64,000 nt of DNA from Octopus sinensis (taxonomy: Eukaryota): contig NC_043009.1 of the NCBI RefSeq assembly GCF_006345805.1, positions 70,866,001 through 70,930,000 on the forward strand, written 5' to 3'. The position numbers and the translations under genes were made by a program. Position 1 is the stretch's first letter. Each line of letters starts with the position of its first letter. Of this stretch, positions 38,778-51,419 are shown one piece after another. Under the pieces are notes generated by a model. That model was not told the origin of the DNA, made no database searches, and worked only from the letters and a program-made list of their open reading frames with translations.

Positions 38778-40149
38778 CTTCTCTTTGTAAATGTTCTGAA
38801 ATGTTTCGCAGCCTTGGACTTGTATCTCATTCTGTTAAGTTTTTGATATATACACCTGCTGATATCTGACCTACGTTGGACTCCTCATTCGCATAATCAC
38901 CGAACCTGGAGCTTAACTAAGTCTGTCCATAGCACTTACTCAGCATTACCTCACAGCTTTGGGTCTTCTTGACACCATTACTTCTCATAATCTCAATATA
39001 TATAAATACACATGCATACATACATACACACACGCATATATATATATTCAAACACACATACAGCACATTAAAACATTGCCACTTTTATTCATTTCTGAAA
39101 GATCTTTCGTGAAATTAGTTCAACTATCTACAATAGAGACAGCTTCGAAGAGGAACAGTCATCTGTTATGCTTAATCAATGGCGAAACTGCCGAATTTGC
39201 TAAATTCTAGCAAGAAATGTAGTAGACACTTTAAACTATTTTATATGCGAAAAAATTTATTAACTGAAAATGCTAAGCTGAATAAGTTATTTTAGAAGAA
39301 GCTATTTGGAATGATAAATGTTACGATGATTTAAATAACCTGCTTGCTGTCTTAAATCATGAACATTCTCACAGACATAAAACCGCTTTTCAATCTTAAA
39401 ACATTTAAGAATGTTAGCATAGACATATAATTTAAGATTGACATAAAAGACTCAGCATACATCATCATAATGAAAAAGTTAAAAAAGACTTCTGTGAAGA
39501 TTGAATGAAACAGGAATTTCTTTTTATTTTTAGGTTACAAAAAATTTTCATTTCATTATTTTGAAACCAAAATATCCAAAAATCGCAGGATTTATTATGA
39601 TAACAAATTTAATGAAAAAATTGGTAAGCCATCTAACTACTCTCTCAGTTTTCTCAAGTCTATCAAAGAGAGTCGGAAATAACTTGATCAATGCGATTTG
39701 AATGTTAATATTGAATGAAATATTAAATGAACTTTAGTTAGCTAAATTTCTTGCTTTTTTTCTAGGTCCGATGTATCGAAATGTTTGCATTTGTAAATTG
39801 TTTACTGTTTTACTACAAAAGAATGGGGTTCTAAAAACGATTGTCCGGTTTTAATTATATTAGTGTGACCCGTTCAGCAAACACTCAGTCTGAGAAGAAC
39901 TTTAAATGCATTGAAACATGAAAATATTATAATAATTAACAAACAGAAACATGGAAATATTACATCAATATTAAATTGATGTAATGATTGCATTGTCAAT
40001 TAAATGGAATTGCTTGAAACAATCGTATTGCATTACCTCTGGATGTAATAGCGCTCTCTGGTAAGATTAGCTAAATCCTTTTTAAGGCAAGTTTTGTGGT
40101 ATCATGGTCCATTTGAATAGGGAGTGCTTCACCAGCTGGGACATTGGTG

Positions 40150-41335
40150 AACAGACTTATCACATCTAGACTCACCATCTGGTTGGATTCAATGGGGGTT
40201 CACTTGATCAATTCTGTGAAGTGGGTGATACAAGAAAAACTAGTGACAGACACCCATCAAAAAGAACGCACTAGTATACCAATAAGAAACTTGATGGAAA
40301 TGTTGACCTTCTGTGTTGAAACTACCTACTTCGGTATGGAGACTGATATGTATCGACAAGAAGAGGGTTTAGCTATGGTTTCGCTATTATCACCGATAAT
40401 AGCCAATATATACATGGAATACTTTGAGAATTTGACGTTAGGATCAACACCACTAAAACCAACTCTATGGCTGACATATGTTGATGACACTTTATACTCT
40501 GGCCCCACCAGGAAGATGTCCATGTGCTGTTCGATCGTGTGAACTCAATAAAGCCATCCACACAGTTCACAATGGGAAAGGAAAAAGACAATCAGCTAGC
40601 ATTCCTGGACGTATTAATAACATTCAGGGAATCCGTATACCGCAAGCCAACCTTCACTGGACGATACCTCAACTTTAATTCCTACAAGCCATACAGGGTA
40701 AAGAGAGGGATTGCTCAGTGCCTAAAACATCGAGCAAAGAATACAAGTAGCGATCGTAATAACCACCACGAAGAAATGATCAAGCTCAGTAACAATCTAT
40801 TAAGCAACAACTACCCCAAAAACATACTATCCACTCCAATTATGAAGAAAAGAGAGGATGAAACCAATAAATTGTCCACAGTCTGTCTACCCTATGTGAA
40901 AGACTTCTCCGAAAAGATACAAAAGATGTGCGTCCCATGTGACATCAGGACAGAATTCAAGAGTAACACAGCACTTCGCAAATATCTCCTTCGAGTAAAA
41001 CCACCAATAGAAGAGAATATGATCAAAGACTGCGTGTACACCATCCCATGCCGCCCCCTCAAAATAAGGGGAGAGGAACATCGCAAAGCTGTGACACGAG
41101 GAGATATTGATAAATCGGGTATAGCTGATCATGTATGGAAAAATGGAGGCCATCTCCCTCTGTGGGATGAAGTTAAAATTAGGCAGAGAACACCACTGGA
41201 AAATACGAAAACTAAAAGAGGCAGCACATATGCTAGGACACAACAACCTCCTAAGCAGACCGAATGCAGATATGAACGGCATATGGGAACCGGTATTAAG
41301 GAAGGATAGGAAGATATTAGATTTATAAGCCCTAA
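40150..41335 (+). mobile_element. Decayed Penelope-like element: RT + thumb + GIY-YIG
   Basis: GLAMVSLLSPIIANIYME...WLTYVDD, LAFLDVLI...VYRKPTFTGRYLNFNS, LPYVKDFSEKI, VYTIPC, EEHRKAV...KSGIADHVW and RKLKEA; frameshifted. Confidence 0.92.
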
Positions 41336-41357
41336 AATTCACTCCATAATTGCCCAT

Positions 41358-41664
41358 GGGCATATAGCGTACTGGTTAAGAGCATGGTCTACTAACCCCA
41401 AGATTACGAGTTCGATTCCAGGCAGTGATCTGAATAATGATGATGATAATAATGATGATGATAATAATGATGATAATAATAATGATGATAATTATAATAG
41501 TAATAATAATAATAGTAATAATAATAATAATAACATCGAAAAATACCTTTGGAATGAGAAATTTTCCCAAGACACCCGATAAAGGCTGGAGGGTATATCA
41601 GCCGAAACGTAGTATTCAATAAACAAGATGAGGAAAAATATCAGTCAAATGTTAATAATGTAGC
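41358..41664 (+). mobile_element. tRNA-headed SINE-like unit: head + (ATA/ATG)n + hammerhead-containing tail
   Basis: Head GGGCATATAGCGTACTGGTTAAGAGC...GAGTTCGATTCC (41408-19), then a microsatellite, then GACAC-CCGATAA-A-GGCTG..CAGCC-GAAA-CG-TA-GTATT (41571-41616). Confidence 0.7.
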
Positions 41665-41861
41665 CTTTTTATTGCTGTTGAATGTGGATGTATTTTAATT
41701 GGTTGATTTTTTAAGTAAGTTTTTTGATACGCCTGATGAGTGTGTTTTTTCACTCTTGGGTGCCTGTTTCTGTTTGTGCTAGTGGATTTCGTTGGAGCGT
41801 ATTTTCAAAAATGTATATGTGACAATGTCCTCAAAGCGCTGCAATATGTTTTCAATGTCAG

Positions 41862-41960
<99 letters not shown>

Positions 41961-42173
41961 GTATGTTTGTGCGTGTGTATATCAGTATACACACACACAT
42001 ACACATATAATTCTTTAACAAGAACGTTGATTACAGTGACCTGACTGAGCTAGCGGAAACATCGAAGTTACTGTCAATAACATTGTTGTACTCTACTGAT
42101 GTATTGAGTAACTCAACGAATTAATGTCGAAATGTTTTTATAGAAAAACAGAAAAATAAACATTAGTATCACC

Positions 42174-42225
42174 GTCTCCGATGAAGGGATATGATTAATA
42201 AATATCCTGGAAACAGCTGCAAGAC
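42174..42225 (+). ncRNA. Second copy of the U4C hammerhead family (also U16.1C)
   Basis: GTCT-CCGATGA-A-GGGATAT..ATATCCTG-GAAA-CAGCTG-CA-AGAC; flanks are similar to 38731. Confidence 0.75.
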
Positions 42226-42429
42226 CTTCTATTAATAAATGTTCTAATATCTACACAGCCTTAGTTTCTTATCTCATTACGCAAAATATTCTTATGTATG
42301 TTTATATATATATATATGTATGTATGTATGGATGGCTGGATGGATGGATGGATGGATGGATGGATGGATGTCCCTTCTGTTTTTGTAATTATTATAAATC
42401 TTCCACTGAGGAGGGAGCCGGTTTCCAAC

Positions 42430-43470
42430 AAAGATACAAGGCTCCATCTTTGCGATGTAGTTAACATAGACAAATTCACATTTGGAAGTTGAGAAGAGTC
42501 TTGCATATTTTTACTGTTCCACTCACAGATTGCACTTGTAATGTACGAATTAGCCGGTCGATTTCTTTTTTCTGAAAATCCCAGTTTATCCAGATTCTCC
42601 TTTAAGCATTTACTAACAAAAGCTAGTGTTCCAATTATTATTGGTAGGAATATGAATTCATAGTCTGGATATAGAAGTTGGAGGTTTCGAAGTAGTTGTC
42701 CATAGATATCCTCTTTTTCTTTGATTTTCAAAGAGATATTTATATCTGTGGGCAGCTAACCTCTATGACGGTACATACCCCTGTCCCAAACAACATTATC
42801 TGGCCAGTTATGTTTACATTTGACAGAAGTTTTGATGGGAATATTACACCAGTATTCCTTGGGTTTGTGTAGATGAGTGTATTCCATAACAGAGGGATTT
42901 TATAAGTTTATTTCAGGACAGTCTTTTTTTGCGGATGGCATTGTAAATTGTTTTAGCGACATCATGCCGCATAGGGAGGTAGTGTCGTGACGATATTTTA
43001 GGACAGCTGCTAATCACATGCGTGATGTCTTCCACAGAAACATGACATAGCCTACACATGCGGTTGCACCTTGGAATTACATGAGCGTTACTGTGTATCT
43101 TGTTCCCCAGGTACTTTGTAGTAATCTCCTGTTCCTGGATTGCAAACGCATAGCCTTCAAAGTGTGATGTGATGTAGTGGTCTTATCTTCAAGTGGGGCT
43201 GCGCTTCGTGTCAATTCTACTGTCTTCTTCAAGCTTCCGGGCAACATACGCATGCGTAGTCTTTTTTTGCATGCTGAGTGCTTTCCATCCAGGTCTTCTC
43301 TGAGGTGAGAGAGAGCCCAGCTGTTTTGGGGCTGTATAGGAGATCATCAGGAAGAGAGTGCTTCTTGAGGCGCTCACTGCCAACTCGTACATTGTTGCTC
43401 ACATCACTTTTCAGCATTGCAATTATATATTTATTTTTGCTGCTGTTGTTTAGCAGATGCTGCCTGAGTG
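42430..43470 (-). mobile_element. RLE-type non-LTR retrotransposon 3' fragment (R4/NeSL-like)
   Basis: FAIQEQEITTKYL, CRLCHVSVEDITHVISSCPKI (CCHC finger), PDNVVWD and EKEDIYGQLLRNLQLLYPDYEFIFLPIIIG. Confidence 0.85.
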
Positions 43471-44210
43471 ATTCCAGGCAGCATACATACATACATACGT
43501 ATGTATGTATGTATGTATGTATGTATGTATGTATGTATGTATGTATGTATGTATGTATGTACAAAAATATGATAATGTGTCTTCCCTTTGTAGAACAAAA
43601 TTCTTTCCATTCTGTCGCATATCAATTGCGATATATGTCTTGTAAAAACAATTCGTTCCGAAGTCTCACCGAAGAACGAAAGTCGGCACATCAAACATTC
43701 ATTTAAATGTTCCAAAATCACAAATTATTGATAAAATATATACTGTCATAATTGTACAATAAAATATTAAATATCAAACATATCCTGAACAAGAAAAACA
43801 CTAATAAACATCATTTATCATTCGGAAACCTCTTTTCCAATAATATGTAAAAGCTAACGGATATTAAAACAAATATTTATAAGTTTGGCATGTTTTATTG
43901 CATGATAAATTACCTAAATAAAATAGAAAAAAGAATGTAGATTTTTTAATGTATTTAATTAATCATTTTATCTCATGATCTGTTTCATTCGTTGTGGTAT
44001 ATATTCAAGTTCGGTTTGATATATATCATTAAAGGGAAATAATTCAACCCCACTTTTGGTCGTCAAGTGTTTACGTACATACATTCGCACCCGGCTCACA
44101 CGTAATTAAACGTTTCGAAGACATTTTATAAATGTCAAAGAAAAATGAATTAGCAGGGAAAAGGGGTTGCATGGTAGAAAAGAATTGTTTATATAATGAG
44201 AAGTCAACAA

Positions 44211-44293
<83 letters not shown>

Positions 44294-44338
44294 CGATTAT
44301 AATTATTTTTATTTTATCGCAATTTGATTTGTTTATAT

Positions 44339-44373
<35 letters not shown>

Positions 44374-44413
44374 CAGCGATTATAATTATTTTTATTTTAT
44401 CGCAATTTGATTT

Positions 44414-44457
<44 letters not shown>

Positions 44458-46346
44458 ACCATTTGTAAATGCAGACCTTACTGAAAGAGAAACAGTGAAT
44501 TTCTTTATCAATGTTTTAAAAGAATAGGCTGCCTCCTCCAGTTCCGGAATGCTCAAATTGATAGTAATACCGTATCAGAAAACTAGTCCACAGCTAACTC
44601 ACAATGTGTCTTTGCTCAGACCAGAGGTAACAGCTTTCTTTAGTCCTTCCTCAGTTATGCTGCCGGTGATTTTGCATGATTTTTTGGCCCCTTACCCCAG
44701 AGCTGAGTCATTCTTTTGTCCCGTTGAAACTTCTTCTGATGTCGATGGAGATTTTCCTTCTATGGATTTTCCGTCAGGTGGTGCTATTAAGTTAGACATG
44801 GCCTGGACCAATCTCTGGTCGAAACATATCTAAGTTTTATCTAAGTTTTATGGTTTTCACCCAACTCACTTAAGAACACTTCCTTGACCCTTATTCCCAA
44901 AGAATTTCCCTATCATCAGCTACAATTTCTGCTTCAAATATTCCAATGCCCATTGTGGAGAAAATATGAGTCCTTAATTATTTGAAGAAAATTTCATGCC
45001 ATTAAAACGAAACCTGTTCCACTTCTGAATTGATTACTTCCAAACTATCTTTATTTCAGAATGTCGGGTAAAATCGCTTCAATACTGAATAGCTGCTTTG
45101 AATACATCTTTCTTAGATTCACTATGGTTTGCCGAGCTATGACCTGTAGCACAGCAGGGATGTTGCGAGGCAGCAAATATACTTGGCCAAAATCAAACTT
45201 CTGTGGTATTTGATGCTTGAAGTTACGAGTGTGTACTGAAGCATAAATCATGAAAAGAAAAATCATGAAAAGAACCTTCTCGAGAAGGCGCTTCTCTTTG
45301 ATGTTGTCACAGACACGTGAAACTCACAAGTTGTATCTTAATTCGAATAGCCAAAGCTATTATTCATTAAATGGGATCTACACCTAATTAGAAATAGGCC
45401 AGAGCTACGGCAGATACCTATGGGAAGAATTTAAAACGACACCTAAGCATCTTCTCTAAAGAATTTGCTTCTACAGTCTTCGAAGTCTTCTAAACATGTT
45501 GCTTGTTAGGTTAACTAATGATACTATGTTTCTTATCAAAGCCAGTTAAATTTATCAATCACATAAATAATGTTTTTGCTGTTGTGGTTGTGGTTGTTGT
45601 TGCTGAAAAAGATATAAATACTGATGAGAGGAAAAATAAGAATGACAACAACAACAAAAAAATCGTTGTGAGACTAATCCTGAAGAGAAGCTAAATAAAA
45701 TTTAGTACTGTTCTTTCTTTTATTTTTATGTTTTATTTCTTCTGTTCTTCAAAATTTTAGATAATGATTTGTAAAAATAGACAACTACAAAGGAAAAGCT
45801 CGAAGCCAGCGGCACTTTTTGAATTTAGCTTCAATAACAGTTCTGATTTGAAGTAAAAGAATTCCAGCAATCACCCTTATCAAAGCAATTTAGAAAAGGA
45901 GAGGGAGGAGGAGGAGGAGGGGGAAAATAAGCAACAAAAACGACGACGACGACGACGACGACGACAAACAACAACAACAACAGCAGCAACGACAACAACA
46001 ACAACAATCGCAACATCGACAACAGGCAAAAGCTCGCCAGGGAACATTAATCTGTAACAAATCAATTGATCTCCGCATCACATGGGGGGGGGATATTTTT
46101 TCTCTCTGTATTTGCATGTGTGTGTCTACGGAGGTTTGTGTAGGCGTATGTGTGGATGCATCTCTCTGTAATTATATGTGTCCTTCTCTGTCCGTGTGTG
46201 TGTGTGTGTGAATGTGATTGTGGATGTGTATATATGTTCATGTGTGTGTAGTTTATATGTGTGTGTGTGTTGAGTGTCGTCCAGTGGATAGAATTTTGAT
46301 TGTATCGATATACGCGAGTGAAAAACTGTAAAAATATACATGTGTA

Positions 46347-46383
<37 letters not shown>

Positions 46384-46986
46384 ACGACAGAGTGTGTTTC
46401 CAAATAAAATCATAAAATTGTCCTAAGAAGATCTTGCGACCGACTTACTTCATCAACTTACGAATAGATGAAACATACAATCATAAATGCACATACATAT
46501 ACACAATTACAAACACACATACATGCACGCATAGGCATATAATACTAGAATGAGACACGTATATATATATATATACGCACGCGCGCGCGTGTGTGTACAT
46601 AAATATATATACAGATACAGCGATATAATACATGCCTGCAAAGTTATCGGTATGTGTGTAGTTCTCAGCATAACACGATTAGATCAATATATTTTACTAC
46701 ACATGTAAACAACGTCGCAGATATCACGACTGACAGAACATGTAATGGTGAAATGGCATACTTATGAGAAGATTCATGTTAAAGTCACTGTTATGTACTA
46801 CCGTACCAAATAATGCATATAGGTGACCACTGGTTTAAGATGCAGTGGTAGGTATATGCATATATATATGTATATGTATATATATTAATAAAAACGGTAA
46901 GATAACAAAAGAAAGAAAAAGACTTCAATATTATGTAAATAGAGGAAATTTATCTGTAAATAGAATATGTGACAGTTATTCGGTAG

Positions 46987-47054
46987 CCAAGATAAAACTC
47001 TGAGTTTCGGATGCCGAGGTGGAAATACACAACACCATCTCTTCGGTTATTTGG
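46987..47054 (-). ncRNA. Type I hammerhead motif with U4C core (CCGAAGA)
   Basis: Reverse complement reads CCAAATAA-CCGAAGA-GATG..GGTG/CACC..CATC-C-GAAA-CTC-A-GAG-TT-TTATCTTGG. Stem I is about 8 bp with one bulge. Confidence 0.75.
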
Positions 47055-47116
47055 CCATCTGAAAAACGCTATGAAAAAAGACATACATACACATACACAT
47101 ACACACACACGCACAG

Positions 47117-47242
<126 letters not shown>

Positions 47243-47504
47243 CACACACAAGCAGTCGCGTCTCTCGCATACATACATGTTTGTCTCCCAGTGTGTGTGA
47301 AAAAATTATATATGTGTGTGTGTATGTGCATTTTCAATGTGTACAAATAACAAGGTAAAATAAATAAATAAATAAATAAATAGTTACCAGGGTAGCAAAA
47401 TTTACATAAGTGCCAGGGATATTGCAGTCTACTTATAAAGGTATAAATTCCAAGGTTAAATTAAATGTTTTTGTATAACACAAATAAATTAAGAAATGGT
47501 GTCA

Positions 47505-48255
47505 AATGCTGGTGTTATTCAAATCATTGATACTTCTAACATATGTTTCGAAAATAAGCCTTGAGATTATTCTGGAGGGAATAAAAATTATGTAAAACAA
47601 TGCAATCATCACGTCAGGAAAAAAGAAAAGGAACAAAACACATCAATAAGCCATTTTAACCGAATGTGATTACTGTGTATATGATAAAGGTGAACCCTAG
47701 CAAGTTATGTTTTAAAAAACCGTTAATAGATTTAACATCAAAGGTAATTAAGAGAAAGAGAAGAAGGAGAAAGAAAGAAATCAACTGAAAATTAAGAGTG
47801 GCATAATATAGTGTCATAGATGAATGAGAAATAATTTTAAAAGCGTGGAAATAGATACATGTAGAGGAATGAAATGTAAGAAGATAGTTAAAGGTCGAAT
47901 TTTATAGATTAGTAGAAATGTCTGATAGGAAATAAAGGTATGTTCTTGCCAATGTTTACAACTAGAAACGCGTTCTTTAAACGTATTTACAAGAGGATTC
48001 TCCGAGAAAAGGATGAGAAATTGCTCTCCGTCACAGATCGGACAAAAAGATCTACCTTCGTCATATGCGAAGGATCGAGATAGAATTTTCCATTCCAAAT
48101 CGAATTGCTCATTATGTTCTTTTAGAGGCCAAATAAATTTCCTAAGCCCAGTATTGTTGGGCATATTTCTTTGGTTGCTTGTGAGGTATTTGTTCCTTTG
48201 CGGAAAAAGAAAAGCATCAAGTGCCGAAAATGAACTTTCTTATCTTCCTTTTTAA
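47505..48255 (-). mobile_element. Penelope-like GIY-YIG fragment plus tail (third copy)
   Basis: TGLRKFIWPLKEHNEQFDLEWKILSRSFAY...CPICDGEQFLIL...LVNTFKERVSSCKH. Confidence 0.85.
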
Positions 48256-48329
48256 AGGGTTACAGAATTAACACATATTATAGGAACATAAATCTTCTTC
48301 CACGAAAAGATAGCTTAAACTGTGCTCTA

Positions 48330-48434
48330 AATGGAGGTGTAGTCAAATTCTATTTTATGGACTCAACCATGATCTAAAATAAGTCGAAAGGTAAGCTGCT
48401 ATAAATCGGCACGAACTTTCCGGACAACCCAATA
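48330..48434. mobile_element. Mariner-type terminal remnant
   Basis: The minus strand starts TATTGGGTTGTCCGGAAAGTTCGTGCCGATTT, a mariner-like TIR after TA. Confidence 0.6.
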
Positions 48435-49042
48435 TATTATGTATGTATGTTTGTATGTATATATTTAAATACATATGTTTGTATGCATGTATATATAAAC
48501 ATATATACATATATATATATATGAGTGTGTGTGTGTGTGTATGTATTATGCATGTGAAAGGCACCACTGCATATCAGCGTGTCGAATAATATTTATAGAC
48601 TCGTCAGAATAGTAATATATATATATATATATATATACACAATTCATAAATGAGGGCAAGGGAAAAAATTTGTAATGCCAAATATGCAAACACTAAGTAC
48701 CCCAAATACATCCAAAATAGAAATACTCCAACCCATTCGAGGCACGTGCGATTTGAACTGAGGCTCTCACAGAGTGAGTTAGTTAGTCCGGAAGTGAACG
48801 CTTAAATTTATATAAAATGTGAGGATAAAATTCTTTTCGAAAAGAAAAAAAATTTTTCTCGAAAAAAACTTTATCAATGGCCAGCATATTAAAAAATACC
48901 TTTAACGGTTAAATTTATAAACAATTCATAAATGAGGGCAAAGGAAAAACTTTCTAATGCCAAATATGCCGAAAAATTGGACATATTGTCCTTTAACCAT
49001 ATAATCTTTTCACAATACGCACGCTACTCGAAAAAAGACTTG

Positions 49043-49043
49043 C

Positions 49044-49104
<61 letters not shown>

Positions 49105-49385
49105 AAGAAGAAGAAGAAGAAGAAGAAGAAGAAGAAGAAGAAGAAGAAGAAGAAGAAGAAGAAGAAGAAGAAAAAGAAGAAGAATAACAACGACAAAAAC
49201 AACATCGAAAAATACCTTATGAATGAGAACCCAGGTTCGAAATTTCTCCATGACACGTGATGAAGACTGGAGGAAACATCAGCCGAAACGTTGTGTTCAC
49301 AACAGACAAGACGAGGACAAATATCCGTCAATTGTAAATAATGTAAATAATGTAAACAATTCCTCATTTCTTAAATATTGAACCG
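49043..49385 (+). mobile_element. Microsatellite plus hammerhead-containing tail, same family as 41358-41664 (head absent)
   Basis: (AAT)n(AAG)n, then ACATCGAAAAATACCTT..GAATGAGAA..GACAC-GTGATGA-A-GACTG..CAGCC-GAAA-CG-TT-GTGTT (49252-49297). Confidence 0.75.
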
Positions 49386-51419
49386 TAACATTTATAGGAT
49401 TATTTTTGTTTTAACGAAATAAGAATTTTTGTTATAAAATTATTTTTATAAAATGATATCTACAAAATTTGTAACTTAGTTAATAATGCAATTCAAATGA
49501 ATTAACAGTAAACATATATTGTATAGAAATTTATGCAAGTATGAGTTAGAAAATCTAATTCTAAAGGATGAATTTAATAAACTTTATTTAATCATTTTAC
49601 TATGCCATTTAATGAAGATGCAATGAATAAAACTCTACAAGGGCAACAACTTAATAAAAAATTGTCATATATGTAAAAGAGTAAAAGAGTAAAAGAGTAA
49701 AAGAGTATGTATCGTGCAGCTGGCAAGTGAAATGGAAATAAATTTCAGAAATGGATTCCTTCACCTCATTCACTAAAAATAAAATTCTTGTTTGCCGTCA
49801 TAAAACATTATCGTAAATCATTTATGTTTTACAATAGATATACGAACAAAACTCGGATTTTAACTCATGACCAGTTATTAGTTCTTTTAAAATGTAAAGA
49901 AAATTGATACCGCTGAAATTACTGATTATTTAAAGTTAGGCTATTTATATCGTTAGTAGGATATGTAGTTTGTCTTAAATGTTTAATCAATTAAGTTAAT
50001 CTCAATAGCGTCGCGGGATTTCAGGAGGAAATATTATGGAGATGTCTATAAGAAGTTATTTTAGTGATAGATTTATGGAAATAGGAAGAGGAGATCTTTA
50101 GGGCTTTCATTTTGGAACAGCATTATAATGTAAAACTCCTAATGTATTATTGAATTGAAATTTCAGATTTATTTAAAAGAATATCAAGAAAATGATATTG
50201 CAATTAGTTTATGTTTAAAATAATTCATTGTAGAATTTCTATAAAATAGAATTGCCTTTTATGAGATTATGTAAAATGATACAAAAGATGAGTGAGAACC
50301 ATTTTGTATATATGGAATCAAAGGTATTATTTTGTGAAAAAGCTACGTAAAAAGCCTGCGATATCAAAGGAAAATTGGCACATATGCTTGAATATAAATG
50401 ATTTTAAGTTAACATTAATGTGGATTAAAATGAAAATGAAAAGTGATATAGAAAGAGGTTATAAGTTTAAATATTACGTACGAAATGTTTTATTATTGCC
50501 GAGGAGTATATAAAGTCATGAATGAAAATATACAACCCTTCAAATGATACTTTGTTGGATAGTAATATATTTCTAATATATGCGCGTGTAAATTATATAT
50601 TGATACATAAAGCAATTTCGTTTGTGATTAACAAACGGTATAATGTGGTTAAAATTGTTGCTATTCTTAATATCATTACAAAACTGTATTATGTCTGTGA
50701 CATATATGTATCTAAACTGCACATTTTAATATACACTCATATTAGTTTCATATTGCGGATAAACCATTCTCAGAACGTCCTACATTTCCAAATAGGAAAT
50801 ATTTTGTTGAATGCATCTTCAAACACTTGTGAAGTATATTAGTAGATTTACTATCACAGTTTTATTCCATAGCATTAAAAAAACAGTTTCACATACAAAC
50901 AAACTGCTTTGCAATTAATTAATTTTTGGTAATTGCAGTAGAATATTTCCATTAATGGCAATTGCATTCTTCTTTATTAAAATTTCTTAGTGTGTAGGCA
51001 ATGTATGAGATTATATAAACGCTTGGCACTTATAAACTCCGATCTTAATTCCTAGAATTCCACTGAAACGCATTTGTTTAAATTTACACTCACAAATATC
51101 ACATTTATCCTATCTATTGGCATGTTATATATATGACAAAATATTCTGTTAAACCATGAATTTATTAAACTTTATTTCTGGCCATTATTATTATCTACTT
51201 TTTAACGGAGTATTTATTTATATCCAATTGAATTGATTACTTATTCACATACCCAACAATCAAATCGGATTATATAAATTGTACGTTTACTTATTCAAAC
51301 TGACAACCAATCTTTTTTTTTTTAATCTTGCCTTTTTATTCTCGATACAATTGAAATTTCATCTTCTATAAATATTCTAGCTTAAATTCCACTGTATTTG
51401 TACATGCATTTTGTTTGTA

